Shown here: positions 8,577-18,840 of the stretch, piece by piece
Layout of the letters: each line of letters starts with the position of its first letter
Numbering within the stretch: the stretch's first letter is position 1
Assembly (NCBI GenBank): GCA_963662655.2
Contig: CAXXTU010000002.1
Coordinates: forward strand, 2,304,034 to 2,368,033
DNA length: 64,000 nt
Direction: 5' to 3'
Source of the DNA: Candidatus Cloacimonadales bacterium
GTDB lineage: Bacteria > Cloacimonadota > Cloacimonadia > Cloacimonadales > JAIOQZ01
Notes under the pieces: generated by a model
Databases searched by the model: none
What the model saw: only the letters and a program-made list of their open reading frames with translations
What the model was told of the DNA's origin: nothing
Position numbers and translations under genes: made by a program

Positions 8577-11500
8577 ATGAAACGCACCATGCTTTTCTCA
8601 CTGCTCATTGGAATCTTATTCCCATGTCTTGCCTTTGCTTCCGGCAGTTCGCAGCAACCCGATGAAATCATGGACATCAACGATCGTTTCCGCAATGTAC
8701 CAGCTGTTTCTTCAGCCACTGATCCAATGCCGATGCTCTACTATGCATCCTTTGGCGTAGCCGGAATTGACGAATGCGATATGGAAGAACCCCCATACGC
8801 AGTTACCGCCTCGATTATCAGGTTCAAGATTGAACACTCCGATATGGGTATGCGCCTTTTAGACGAGCAGACTCTTTACATGGATGGAAACTTCGTCGCT
8901 GCAAACGACAAAATTGATTATCTCAATTGTTACAATCAAGCCGACCTTGCTGGTATTCAAAACGACTTTACTACACATGCACGCGTCCGTTATGAAAGTG
9001 GCACAGGATTCATGGCAAGTCCTGTATATTGTGGTAACTTCATCCTGGTTCTGAATAAAAGTGGTCTCTTGATGGCAATTGATTCTGACTTCACGGGAGG
9101 TATAAACAATTACACAGAAGATGTCGTAATCAACAGTATCGACCTCAGGGCGATAGAGAGAGAAGAAATCAGCTTTATGTCACATGCTCTCGAGTATGGA
9201 TCAACCCCTGTGGTTATTGGAAACTATATCTATGTCGCCGGTTTGCAATCGATATTCAAGATTCAGATATCGAATTTCCAGGTCGTTAATTTCCACAACT
9301 TTAACGAACTGGCAAGTGCAAGCCTTGAGGGCATCAGAACCTTTTTCACACCATTGGTCTGGGATTTAAACAGCAATAATGATATTTATCTAACAATATC
9401 GACATCCAGATTCCCGTCACTAATGCCTCCATCGAATATTGTGTATGTGCTGGATCAGAATCTCGAAATCGTGTACACAGAAAACGGCTCAGGTTTAGTT
9501 AATGGAAGCAATCCAACTGTAGATTATAGTGGTTACATATATTATCCTGCAACAACTTTTCTAAGATCATCTCGAGAAACCAGGTCAGTACTTTCGGATT
9601 TCGACTATGGGTTTATTAATACTCCACAGGGAATTCAGAACTTTCAAGGTTCGATTCTTTCCGATTTCTCAGGTAACCTGATTTATAGTGCAAGTACATT
9701 CGATGGGTCTCAATACAGTCTAAGCACCTATTCTATATCAAGAGATTATAACTACTTAAACTCTAACAATGACCCAATTTTCGAGACTGAAGTCGCCGAA
9801 CTTGTGTTTGATCACTTCTTGAACACAGAGCCGTATTTAAACAATCATGGCTTTATCTGTGAAGATATTGATCATGACAGATCCTTGACGGTGTCCATTA
9901 GCTCACACCTTGGTAACGGAGTAGGCTGGCCTCCAGTTGAAGAAATCCCTTTTTGGTATAACGTTTACGATCACGAGACAAGCGATATTACTTTGGGATT
10001 TGTCGTATGTGAATATCAGACCTCCACCCATTCAAGTGGTTCTGAAATTATAAATGACACTGCGACCTATGGTGGCCTTGCACCATACAAGACCAACGAA
10101 TATTATGTTAATGCCACTTTCGGCACTGAAACTGGTGGACTAATGGCTTGGCCACATTATATGGATGTATCTCAGTACGGCCTTTCTTACTCCACGAAAC
10201 TTGAAATAACCCAGCCCGTCATTTCAAACACCAGCCACAGCAAATTTCAGCGGGATGTGACCAATAACTGCTCCTACACCTGGGCAGACAACTTCAAAGT
10301 TGCGATTGGCTTTATACCGCAGGACACTCAGATAGAGAAGGTTTTTGCCAACGGATATGCCAGAAATGCCACGCTTGATCCCGAGACAAATCTTCTTACA
10401 GCAACATTCGAGAAACTTCTCGCTCATCCCAATTACACTGTCGGATTCCGCTACACCGACAATAATGGCACACATTCAGCCTCTATTGGACATATTAATG
10501 TTCCGGAGATGCAACCGCTTGTCCTCAGCTTTGTACAGGACCTTGTTGTTGATGATGGCGATGTAGTCAACATCGATGAAAACAATTTGTGTTTCAACTC
10601 CATTACGATCAATTCAGGTGGAATTCTGAATATCAACGGCAGTGGCATATATTCCGAAACGATCAATATCAATAATGGGGCCGTATTGAATATCAATTCC
10701 GGGGCAAGTATTTCATCCTATGAGTGTTATTGCAAAAACGAACAAAACAACACCAATCCATCCGAGATCAATCTTGTATCAAATGGAAGGCTCATCACGA
10801 CCTGGCTGTTGCTTGATGAATGGGATGATGTTTATACTCAAATAGAAGGCAGCAATCAGAACAACGTAATCGTTTCAGATCTTTATTTGGGAATTGGAAG
10901 TGTGATGGAAATCCTCGAATCAACTGGATCTGGCACAACGAACGCAACTGTTACCATATCGAGAGCAGTAGGCGATCATATCAGAGGGACTATTCTCACG
11001 TCTGCGGTTTTGACAATAACCAATCGACTCGACATAGCATATCCCATAAGCATCTCTGTTCTCAATAATGGAAAACTGGTAGCATCTTCAACCTCCACTC
11101 ATTCTGGAGCAACAGCTGATATCAACATGTTTGGATCAGATAGTCCATTGGTTATTGCGGATGGAGGTGAGCTTGATCTACAGAACAAGGGACAACTTCT
11201 AATGGATGGTTCAACAGGATATGATCCCATTCTGGATATTTCTGGTACTCTGAGACTTAATAACTCGAGCGAGTTGCTATGCAGAGATGGGCAGATAATT
11301 CTTGAAGATGATACGTCCGTTTTCCTCTCAGGAAGATCATTGATCGAAGTGACAGATAATGGCGAATTGGATATCTACGACGATGTCACCATCACGGGCC
11401 ATACACCGATTGACTTTGCGAATCATCTGCCTGGCGACAGAATCGTTATCAAGAATGGCGGAGCTTTGGGAGTCGATCCAAGCAATCCCTCAGGTTTCTG

Positions 11501-13304
11501 TCACAACTTGACCGTACAGAGCGATACGTCTGAGCGTTGGGAAGGTATCGAGTTTCACGCACCCGAATACCAAGAACAAGATTACCTGTATTTTGAAAAT
11601 GCGAACATCTCCAGAGTACGTACCTTGAATATCAGTGAACGCGGCGAATCGGAAGTATACGTTAAATTCCTGAACTCTCAATTCGAAGATTGCGAGTACG
11701 GATTGAAGCTAACAAGGCTTACTTCTGTTATTCTCGATAATACGAGCTTCTCGGAATGTGAAACCGGGATTTTTTGCTATGCAGTAACGGATGTATCTCT
11801 TCTTAGCACAGACCCATCGGCCGACAAGGCAGTCTTCTCTAAGAATGAGTACGGGCTTATCATTCTAAGTGCAGATGAGGATGATCCCGAAACAATCTAT
11901 GACTACACCTTCGCCGATAACAGTGAAATTGGTTTATGGATTGAGGATAGTCGTTTCAACATAGGTGGAACATTCACACAACCAGACATCTACACTGAGA
12001 TCGGAGCTTGCTCATTTACTTCAAACGGAACAGCGTTGAATGCGTCTTTGGGTAGTGCCGATGAATCCGTTATTACCCACAGTAGTTTTACGGATAACAA
12101 CGATGATGCCTTGTTCATAGCCGAAATGAATTTACGTATCAACCAGAATACCATCAGCGATAATGGAAGGCAGGGAATCTGGGGATATCGCGGTGGCTTC
12201 GCCGATGTAAGAGCAAATACTGTCTCAAACAACGGCGGTACAGAAATCCTTGGTAGCGGATCGGTTTTCATCAACATGCGACAAACAGAACATGAAGATC
12301 GAAACATTGTTACCGATACGGGATTCGATCCGATCATAATACCGTCGATCCCTGATTTCTGGGATCCCGATGAAATGGATGTATATGTTATCGCTCGCAG
12401 CGACTTGGGAAGAGAGGTGGACGTAACGGGAAATGAATTCACCCCTCATCCATCGATCCACCCCGAGCGATATTATCCCTCCGTAAGAGATTTCATCTTC
12501 GATGGTCGGGCTTTCAGCGCTCAAGAACTTTTTGACGCTGGACTCGCCGCTTATGGCTATAGCGTCTACACGACAGCCAAAAACAACTTCACAAACCTTG
12601 TAACGTCATATCCCGAATCAAACGAAGCGGTGGCGTCTCTGATCTATTTCCTCTACATCGCATCGAAGACAGACAAGGATTATAAAGCAATGCGCCAGGA
12701 ACTGAACGCTCTGGTTTCCAAGGATTATCCTGATCTATACAAGGAAAAGGAGAGAGTCGTTACGGAATCCTTTATGTATGAGAAGAATTACATCGAAGCA
12801 ATCGCAAGGCTGGAAGAGGTTATAATAGAGCCAGATACGAGAATCGACAGTGTTATGGCTTTGGCCGATCAGGGTTACTGCTACGTGCAGCTCGCTGAAT
12901 CCGGCACAAGGGCATTACCCAATAAATGCACGGTGAAGACGAAAACAATCGAGGAATATCTCGAATATATGAAATCCCTTCGTATGTTCCTGAACGGCGA
13001 CGCGGAGTCCTCACAGGCGCCTGCATACGTGTTTGCACTTGACGCGAACTATCCCAACCCCTTCAATCCTACCACGACGATCTCGTATTCGATCCCGAAG
13101 GACGACAAAGTCGTCTTGAAGGTGTACAATATCAAAGGACAGCTCGTAAAGACGCTGGTCAACGATCACCTCGAAGCTGGAAAGCACAAAGTCGTCTGGA
13201 ATGGCGACAATCAGATCGGCAAGAACGCATCGTCAGGCATCTATCTGTACCGTCTCGAGTCCGGTGGGAAGTCGAAAGCGCAGAAAATGCTTTTACTCAA
13301 ATAA
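8577..13304 (+). CDS. Giant secreted protein with parallel beta-helix (PbH1-like) repeats and a T9SS/FlgD-Ig-like C-terminal sorting domain
   Basis: The track ORF starts at a TTG (8502). The likely start is the ATG at 8577 after GGAGG, giving the signal peptide MKRTMLFSLLIGILFPCLAFASG. The C-terminus is NYPNPFNPTTTISYSIP...VLKVYNIKGQLVKTL...SGIYLYRLESGGKSKAQKMLLLK. Confidence 0.85.
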   Translation: MKRTMLFSLLIGILFPCLAFASGSSQQPDEIMDINDRFRNVPAVSSATDPMPMLYYASFGVAGIDECDMEEPPYAVTASIIRFKIEHSDMGMRLLDEQTLYMDGNFVAANDKIDYLNCYNQADLAGIQNDFTTHARVRYESGTGFMASPVYCGNFILVLNKSGLLMAIDSDFTGGINNYTEDVVINSIDLRAIEREEISFMSHALEYGSTPVVIGNYIYVAGLQSIFKIQISNFQVVNFHNFNELASASLEGIRTFFTPLVWDLNSNNDIYLTISTSRFPSLMPPSNIVYVLDQNLEIVYTENGSGLVNGSNPTVDYSGYIYYPATTFLRSSRETRSVLSDFDYGFINTPQGIQNFQGSILSDFSGNLIYSASTFDGSQYSLSTYSISRDYNYLNSNNDPIFETEVAELVFDHFLNTEPYLNNHGFICEDIDHDRSLTVSISSHLGNGVGWPPVEEIPFWYNVYDHETSDITLGFVVCEYQTSTHSSGSEIINDTATYGGLAPYKTNEYYVNATFGTETGGLMAWPHYMDVSQYGLSYSTKLEITQPVISNTSHSKFQRDVTNNCSYTWADNFKVAIGFIPQDTQIEKVFANGYARNATLDPETNLLTATFEKLLAHPNYTVGFRYTDNNGTHSASIGHINVPEMQPLVLSFVQDLVVDDGDVVNIDENNLCFNSITINSGGILNINGSGIYSETININNGAVLNINSGASISSYECYCKNEQNNTNPSEINLVSNGRLITTWLLLDEWDDVYTQIEGSNQNNVIVSDLYLGIGSVMEILESTGSGTTNATVTISRAVGDHIRGTILTSAVLTITNRLDIAYPISISVLNNGKLVASSTSTHSGATADINMFGSDSPLVIADGGELDLQNKGQLLMDGSTGYDPILDISGTLRLNNSSELLCRDGQIILEDDTSVFLSGRSLIEVTDNGELDIYDDVTITGHTPIDFANHLPGDRIVIKNGGALGVDPSNPSGFCHNLTVQSDTSERWEGIEFHAPEYQEQDYLYFENANISRVRTLNISERGESEVYVKFLNSQFEDCEYGLKLTRLTSVILDNTSFSECETGIFCYAVTDVSLLSTDPSADKAVFSKNEYGLIILSADEDDPETIYDYTFADNSEIGLWIEDSRFNIGGTFTQPDIYTEIGACSFTSNGTALNASLGSADESVITHSSFTDNNDDALFIAEMNLRINQNTISDNGRQGIWGYRGGFADVRANTVSNNGGTEILGSGSVFINMRQTEHEDRNIVTDTGFDPIIIPSIPDFWDPDEMDVYVIARSDLGREVDVTGNEFTPHPSIHPERYYPSVRDFIFDGRAFSAQELFDAGLAAYGYSVYTTAKNNFTNLVTSYPESNEAVASLIYFLYIASKTDKDYKAMRQELNALVSKDYPDLYKEKERVVTESFMYEKNYIEAIARLEEVIIEPDTRIDSVMALADQGYCYVQLAESGTRALPNKCTVKTKTIEEYLEYMKSLRMFLNGDAESSQAPAYVFALDANYPNPFNPTTTISYSIPKDDKVVLKVYNIKGQLVKTLVNDHLEAGKHKVVWNGDNQIGKNASSGIYLYRLESGGKSKAQKMLLLK

Positions 13305-13615
13305 AATAACGTGTCATGCCGAGTAGCTCGTTTGTCACCTAGATGCTGTGAGTTTTGCGAGGCGATAACTCGAATCTCTCATAGAGTCGAAGGACAGCAT
13401 GAGTTTGTCGAAGCATAGGCTGCAAATGTTCTCTCTCCTCCCCCTCTTCATTTCGAAGAGGGGGCTGGGGAGAGGGATATTCGGCAATTTTCGTCTTTCG
13501 CTTAGCTGAAACGTAATGACTGAACGAAAGTCTTACACGGAGCGAAATCATGTTAGTGGAATATGTAGGCACCCCATGAAAAGGATCCTGCTGCTCATCC
13601 TGCTCCCCGTGATAT

Positions 13616-14559
13616 CGGTTCACCCCCACATGCGTGGGGAATACTATCCACTGGCTGGAAACCGGAGACGGAAACCCGGTTCACCCCCACATGCGTGGGG
13701 AATACTACGATGGAACGAACCGCGAGCAATTCGAGAACGGTTCACCCCCACATGCGTGGGGAATACACGATTGAACATATCCTCAGAAAAAAACACGCCG
13801 GTTCACCCCCACATGCGTGGGGAATACGGATTGGGCGACCCGCGCAACCTGCCGCATTTCGGTTCACCCCCACATGCGTGGGGAATACGACATGGTCAAC
13901 GCTGATCCTGCGAATACGTTCGGTTCACCCCCACATGCGTGGGGAATACTCATCGAATGGCTTTTGGGTTGTTTCGCTTGTCGGTTCACCCCCACATGCG
14001 TGGGGAATACGGTTACTGGAAGCAGACCGTCACCGATTGCCTCGGTTCACCCCCACATGCGTGGGGAATACGACTCCGCGTAGGTTTGTATAACGTAGGT
14101 CGACGGTTCACCCCCACATGCGTGGGGAATACATCCAACTTTTCACCCGCTTCAGGCGCGAAAACGGTTCACCCCCACATGCGTGGGGAATACTGATTTG
14201 AGAAATCGTAGAAATAGCGGGATCCCGGTTCACCCCCACATGCGTGGGGAATACACAATCGTACCATTCAGGTACCCAAGCTTGTCCGGTTCACCCCCAC
14301 ATGCGTGGGGAATACTTGACAACACCACGGTAATCGAAACGTACGGTCGGTTCACCCCCACATGCGTGGGGAATACTAAAAGTCGTCTGCCCTGCGTCTG
14401 TCGAAGCGCGGTTCACCCCCACATGCGTGGGGAATACTAGAAGTTTTGCACGTAACAGAACGCATCGACCGGTTCACCCCCACATGCGTGGGGAATACGT
14501 CAGTGCGAGCGCGAACGATCCTCAGCAGGTCGGTTCACCCCCACATGCGTGGGGAATAC
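13616..14559 (-). CRISPR. Type I-E CRISPR array: 16 identical 29-nt repeats, 15 unique 32-nt spacers, exact 61-nt period
   Basis: The plus-strand repeat is CGGTTCACCCCCACATGCGTGGGGAATAC at 13616, 13677, ... 14531. Its reverse complement, GTATTCCCCACGCATGTGGGGGTGAACCG, matches the sense orientation of the E. coli I-E repeat (GAGTTCCCCGCGCCAGCGGGGATAAACCG). The array is therefore read on the same strand as the cas genes. Confidence 0.97.
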
Positions 14560-14566
14560 TCTTGAT

Positions 14567-14842
14567 TTAATCGGGCTTCGAGGGCCTCGTCAGTAGCTTA
14601 AGTCCTTCCCAGTCTGTGACGATTCTGCTGTTGGCTCCCCAGAAGTCAACACAAAAACCCTGTTCGTTGTTGGTCGACCACAGCATCATGCAAGCGCCGC
14701 CTTTGGAGTCGGCGCAAACCTTCTTCCAGAGGCGATCGCGCACCATCGCGGATACGTTGCCGACGAACACGCCTGCCTTCACTTCGAGCAGCCAGCGCGT
14801 CAGCTCACCCCTGAGCGAGACCGGAACCTTTTCGAGAATCAT
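14567..14842 (-). CDS. cas2: Cas2 (type I-E)
   Basis: MILEKVPVSLRGELTRWLLEVKAGVFVGNVSAMVRDRLW parallels E. coli Cas2 ([30 protein letters not shown]). The track start at 14920 lies inside cas1. The ATG at 14842 or the GTG at 14851 is more plausible. Confidence 0.9.
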   Translation of the reverse strand: MILEKVPVSLRGELTRWLLEVKAGVFVGNVSAMVRDRLWKKVCADSKGGACMMLWSTNNEQGFCVDFWGANSRIVTDWEGLKLLTRPSKPD

Positions 14843-14847
14843 GACGT

Positions 14848-15801
14848 TCACTCTTCCTCCTTGTCTCCACCTTCTCCATAGGAAACGCCGCCGGCGCATT
14901 CGCCGGTCACGGGGTCCCACAAACCACCCGGCTTCGCGGGATCGGCATCGAAGTCGTCCTCGGCATCCTCGGGCGGTTTAGCCCCTAAGATGTCGTGGAT
15001 ATCCTTCACGATCCGCTTGAGCAGCCCCTGTTGATGGAACATGTCTCTACAGCGGATACGCACCTCGCGGCTGAGGTTTCTATCCACCTCCGCGACGGTC
15101 TGGAAGGCGACCGGGATCGTCAGTTCCGTCTTGTAGAGGTCCGCGACATCATAGACGAACGAGAGCTGCTTGCCGGTATGCACGAACCCGATTGCTGGGG
15201 AATATCCCGCCGCCACGATCGCCGCATGGGATATTCCGTAGAGGCATGAATTCGCCACCGACAACGCCTTGTTGATCGGATCGGCGTTCTTCCAGTCGCG
15301 CCGGTCATAGTTCCGACCCTTCCACGGGACGCCGGTATCGCGCGAGGCACGGAAGTAAGCGTCACGAACTCGAACGCCTTCCATGCCCCTGATTTGCTCC
15401 AGTGTCAGCGACGGATCAGGCTTCTCCGGGAAGCGGAATTCGTACATCCTGCGCACGATGTAGAGGCGGGACTTCTCGTTCGCCCAGAGCTTCACCTGCC
15501 TGAGAAGATGAGAAGCCTTCCGGGTCGCGCCGCTGCCCGATGCGTAGAACCTTACGCCCTGTTCGCCGCTCCAGACGACCAGGCAACCGCAATCTGCGAG
15601 CGTCGTGATCGCCGCGTGCGTAATGCTCGTGCCCGGTCCGAGCAACAATACGGAGAGATTGTCGCAGGGAATCGGGGTCAACCCGCGAAGATCGTGGACG
15701 GCGATTGCCTTGTCTTCCCGATCGATGATTCCGTGCTCGATGTAGAGCCAGCTCCACTTGTCACGGACCTTGGGGACTTGGTGATAATCCTTTGTCAGCA
15801 T
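14848..15801 (-). CDS. cas1: Cas1 (type I-E integrase)
   Basis: Collinear similarity to E. coli Cas1, e.g. LLGPGTSITHAAI, VVWSGEQGVRFYASG, AGYSPAIGFVHTGKQLSFVYDVADLYK. SD AGGAGG upstream. Confidence 0.95.
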   Translation of the reverse strand: MLTKDYHQVPKVRDKWSWLYIEHGIIDREDKAIAVHDLRGLTPIPCDNLSVLLLGPGTSITHAAITTLADCGCLVVWSGEQGVRFYASGSGATRKASHLLRQVKLWANEKSRLYIVRRMYEFRFPEKPDPSLTLEQIRGMEGVRVRDAYFRASRDTGVPWKGRNYDRRDWKNADPINKALSVANSCLYGISHAAIVAAGYSPAIGFVHTGKQLSFVYDVADLYKTELTIPVAFQTVAEVDRNLSREVRIRCRDMFHQQGLLKRIVKDIHDILGAKPPEDAEDDFDADPAKPGGLWDPVTGECAGGVSYGEGGDKEEE

Positions 15802-15811
15802 GGATCACCTC

Positions 15812-16588
15812 CTACCTCCTGACAACCGACAACAGCCCGAACCCGAAAGATTTTGCGGACCCGATCCCGTTGCGGATGGTTTCCATGAATTGTTCCGGAT
15901 CGGTCACTTCGAGGATGCCTTCCATCAGCGCTGCGTTGAAGGTAAGACGTTTCTTGTCGAGGTTCCAGCTACCGCTCCTGGTTGAAAAGCCGTCCGGCTT
16001 GTAACCGACGACCCGGAAGAGGCGTACAAGATCGAATTTCTCGATAACGAACCCACCATTGCCGGAACGTCTGCCGAGCCAGTCTTTATACTCGTCGTGG
16101 AGCCGCACAGCGCGTTCATCCTCGGTCTCGTCAATCGGCCCGGCGAGGGACACGATCGAAACCCGTTTGCCGATCGTCCTTTTGCGCCCCTGCCTGTCGT
16201 ATTTCTCTGTATGCTCGCGAGCGAAGTCACCCGTCGATATTTTCTTCGTGGGGTTCGCCAGCAGCCGGTAGCGCAGGATATCTCCTTCATGGAAGACAGG
16301 ATCGTAGGGCTTGTATGCCGGCAGAGACGCGAGGAAATCGGGCGCGTTGTAGAAGGCTTCTTGCCAGTTCGGTTCTGCCTCCGATTGCACCAGGATCATC
16401 GCGCGTGAGCCGTCTGAGCTGATGTTGTTGTCGATGCGGAAGAGGAACATGGCTTTTTGATCATCCTTCTTACCGAACGCCATCGAAAGTCGCTGGTGGA
16501 CGTGGTAGATGTTGTTGAGCCACATCCTTCCCGGGCGCGGTCGATCGGGATTACCGCCCGTGTCGATCAGTAGTTGGGACAGGTACAT
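15812..16588 (-). CDS. cas6e: Cas6e (CasE/Cse3 crRNA endoribonuclease)
   Basis: The N-terminus MYLSQLLID...YHVHQRLSMAF and the C-terminus GIGSAKSFGFGLLSV parallel E. coli CasE (MYLSKVII...YQLHQGLWHLF ... GIGPAKSMGCGLLSL). Confidence 0.9.
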   Translation of the reverse strand: MYLSQLLIDTGGNPDRPRPGRMWLNNIYHVHQRLSMAFGKKDDQKAMFLFRIDNNISSDGSRAMILVQSEAEPNWQEAFYNAPDFLASLPAYKPYDPVFHEGDILRYRLLANPTKKISTGDFAREHTEKYDRQGRKRTIGKRVSIVSLAGPIDETEDERAVRLHDEYKDWLGRRSGNGGFVIEKFDLVRLFRVVGYKPDGFSTRSGSWNLDKKRLTFNAALMEGILEVTDPEQFMETIRNGIGSAKSFGFGLLSVVRR

Positions 16589-17699
16589 CGTCGCCCTCCT
16601 TTTCTTCGAATCTGCGTTTACGGGTCTTCTTGCTGCGGAATTTCACGATCTCGGCGCGCTTTTCGCGGATACGTTCGCGCCACGCCGGGTCTTCGGGATC
16701 GATGCGGTCGATGCCCATGTTGGCGCCGTACTCGAGCATGGTGATGGCGTCGTGGCAAAGTCGGCACAGCGATTTCAGATCATCGAGCGATTCGTTGCCA
16801 CCCGCGCGCCGATAGGTGATGTGCTGCACGGTCGAAGAAGGTGAACCGCAGAAGGTGCAGCGTCCGTCGTCATGCGCCAGTCGCTTCGCACGTTTCTTGC
16901 GGAACTCGGTGTTCTGATAGTCGGCGTGGATGCGTTGTGTAGAATAAGCACCCTCCACGCCCAGTATCACATTACTGCGCTTCACATCGCCGTTTTTACC
17001 GACCGTTAACGATGATCGAATGGCGAAACGCGGTCTGTGGGACGGCGGATCGAAGGTGAAGGGGACATCGTACCAGACTTCGGCTTCTTCGGGGGCTTCG
17101 GGCTGGTTTTCGGTTGGACGCCAGTCGAGGAGAACCGTGACTTCGCAAGGTAGATGCTTATCATTGTCTTCGTGTCTTTGCGGCCAGGGAATCGATGCGA
17201 GGGCTTCTTCGAGCGAAGCGAATGTACCAGCGCGGTGTTCGTTAACCGGACGTGACATGGGGCAGTTCTTCCGGCCGAGGAAGAGCGCCCAGACGGGATT
17301 TTCGAGCGCGGATGACAAGGTCGCGATCAGATCTTCGTCACCCCGGAGCGCTACCAGGAAGCTCGCGTCGCAGAGGTATTCCCTGCGGGTGAGCATGGGG
17401 CCGTTTTTCTCTTTGCCTTCTGCCGTCGCCATCTTCATACCGGCGCCCACGGTATGCCAGTCCCACCAGCGGATGCCCGGGCGATCGATGCGCACGCCCA
17501 TTTCGAGGTTCGAGAGCTTTTCGAGCCAGCCGTCTTGCGCTTCCAGGCGGGATAGCCCCATCGCGGCGCAGAGCATGCCGATCACGCCGGACTTGGTAGG
17601 CGCTTCCTTCGTGCGCCGGATCACGAACTTCGATTCATGGCTTCCCCACGCCTGCATCGGTCCTTCCAGACGCAGGAACAGGGTGTTGTCACGCATCAT
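16551..17699 (-). CDS. cas5: Cas5e fused to a C-terminal HNH endonuclease domain (Cas5-HNH), followed by a basic tail
   Basis: The N-terminus LFLRLEGPMQAWGSHE...PTKSGVIGMLCAAMG parallels E. coli CasD (LILRLAGPMQAWGQP...PTRSGLLGLLGACLG). Residues 261-320 form the HNH core: GRCTFCGSPSSTVQHITYRRAGGNESLDDLKSLCRLCHDAI (C281xxC284, H293, N302, C312xxCH316). At 382 aa it is ~150 aa longer than canonical Cas5e. Its 3' end overlaps cas6e by 38 nt. Confidence 0.9.
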   Translation of the reverse strand: MMRDNTLFLRLEGPMQAWGSHESKFVIRRTKEAPTKSGVIGMLCAAMGLSRLEAQDGWLEKLSNLEMGVRIDRPGIRWWDWHTVGAGMKMATAEGKEKNGPMLTRREYLCDASFLVALRGDEDLIATLSSALENPVWALFLGRKNCPMSRPVNEHRAGTFASLEEALASIPWPQRHEDNDKHLPCEVTVLLDWRPTENQPEAPEEAEVWYDVPFTFDPPSHRPRFAIRSSLTVGKNGDVKRSNVILGVEGAYSTQRIHADYQNTEFRKKRAKRLAHDDGRCTFCGSPSSTVQHITYRRAGGNESLDDLKSLCRLCHDAITMLEYGANMGIDRIDPEDPAWRERIREKRAEIVKFRSKKTRKRRFEEKEGDDVPVPTTDRHGR

Positions 17700-18828
17700 G
17701 CTTCTCCACGATCGCTTTTTGCACCGCCTCCCAGTCGAAACCCATCTCTTTCACGATTGCCGTGACAAACTGGTCGAAATTGCTCAGGCTTTCTTTCGCA
17801 AGACCATGGAAATCATACCGTCCGCCCGGTGAGAACCAGTATCGCTCGCCCTGCGCGCTGAAGCCCTCGTCGAGCTCGGAGACGTACTGCGCCAGTTGTG
17901 CGACGCTTTCTTCCACCAGGTCGCGCTGTCCGGGCCTGACCGGCTTCACGAAGGCGTTGGCGTAGCTGATCGGCGTCTTGTTATCCTTCTTGATCTCGAC
18001 AAGGATTCCGTCCGGCGGGTTGTGCGCGGCGTAGCTGTTCTGTTTGCCACTCGGCGTGGTCAGCGCCATGGCACGGATGAACGCGCCGACGGTGTGCGCC
18101 GCCAGATCGACCTGTCCGCCAAGGTTAGCAACGAGCTGCTCCCAATCGATGGAGAAGTATTTATAGAAGCAGGAGGAGGAATAGAGCGCTTCATCGACAT
18201 GAGCTGCTCCGGATTTTGCCACAGATGCATCATCCACTGCGGTGAAGTAGTCGATTTCAGGGTGTGCGACGTGAGTTGATATCGCGTGTGCGGCTTGCAG
18301 GGCTGCTTCGATTCCAGTATTCGTTGCTCTCAGCATACTTTGCTTCTTTGCTTCAAGCATTCTGCCATGTAATGCAATATCTGGCTCCTCTGCTATAGTG
18401 ATGATAGTTGCAATTTTGTTAGCTTTCTCATCATCAGGTATCTTAGAAGTCACCACATCAACTAGCTTCGGAATAGCTTTTTTGGAGACAAACACAAGTA
18501 CTTTGGTGTGTTCTTTACCGGTTTCCTTGTCTTTCTCCATGTCCAAACCAGTCATCTTTAGAAGAGCCTTAGCTTTTTTCAGGACTTCTTCTTGCATCTT
18601 GTGATCTTTAGTAGTAGCTTCCGCGATCCTGTCTGCAAGCCACCTTGTTCTTTCCCCACCCATAAGCTTCTCAAACTGTTTACTCATCCTGATACTTCTC
18701 TTCAGGCACTGGCTTGAGATACGACTTCTGAGGTAGCCGCCGAACATGGTGGTCTTGGGTGCGCCGAGGTCGTCGCGGTTGAGGTTACTGGGCGCGTGAT
18801 TCTGGATGGCATGAATCTCGATTAACAT
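17689..18828 (-). CDS. cas7: Cas7 (CasC/Cse4 Cascade backbone)
   Basis: IEIHAIQNHAPSNLNRDDLGAPKTTMFGGYLRSRISSQCLKRSIR parallels E. coli CasC ([45 protein letters not shown]). SD AGGAGG upstream. Confidence 0.95.
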   Translation of the reverse strand: MLIEIHAIQNHAPSNLNRDDLGAPKTTMFGGYLRSRISSQCLKRSIRMSKQFEKLMGGERTRWLADRIAEATTKDHKMQEEVLKKAKALLKMTGLDMEKDKETGKEHTKVLVFVSKKAIPKLVDVVTSKIPDDEKANKIATIITIAEEPDIALHGRMLEAKKQSMLRATNTGIEAALQAAHAISTHVAHPEIDYFTAVDDASVAKSGAAHVDEALYSSSCFYKYFSIDWEQLVANLGGQVDLAAHTVGAFIRAMALTTPSGKQNSYAAHNPPDGILVEIKKDNKTPISYANAFVKPVRPGQRDLVEESVAQLAQYVSELDEGFSAQGERYWFSPGGRYDFHGLAKESLSNFDQFVTAIVKEMGFDWEAVQKAIVEKHDA

Positions 18829-18840
18829 GGGTTCCTCCTG

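Noticed and set aside
13431-13474. Long imperfect pyrimidine/purine hairpin (CTCTCCTCCCCCTCTTC...GAAGAGGGGGCTGGGGAGAG) as a terminator; a similar one lies at 36447-36474
   Set aside because: There is no U-tract on either strand. The shared flanking 11-mer (gagtcgaagga) is within chance expectation for a 64-kb window. I keep it only as an unexplained hairpin.
13516-14440. Five overlapping plus-strand ORFs (85-132 aa) with the recurring peptide VHPHMRGEY / GSPPHAWGI
   Set aside because: They are translations of the CRISPR repeats, which are stop-free in several frames, stitched through the spacers. They are not genes.
17020-17832. 270-aa plus-strand ORF, plus other ORFs overlapping the cas genes (e.g. 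15394..15822, 16509..16844, 20288..20851)
   Set aside because: They are antisense shadow ORFs within high-GC cas genes whose products align to E. coli Cas proteins.
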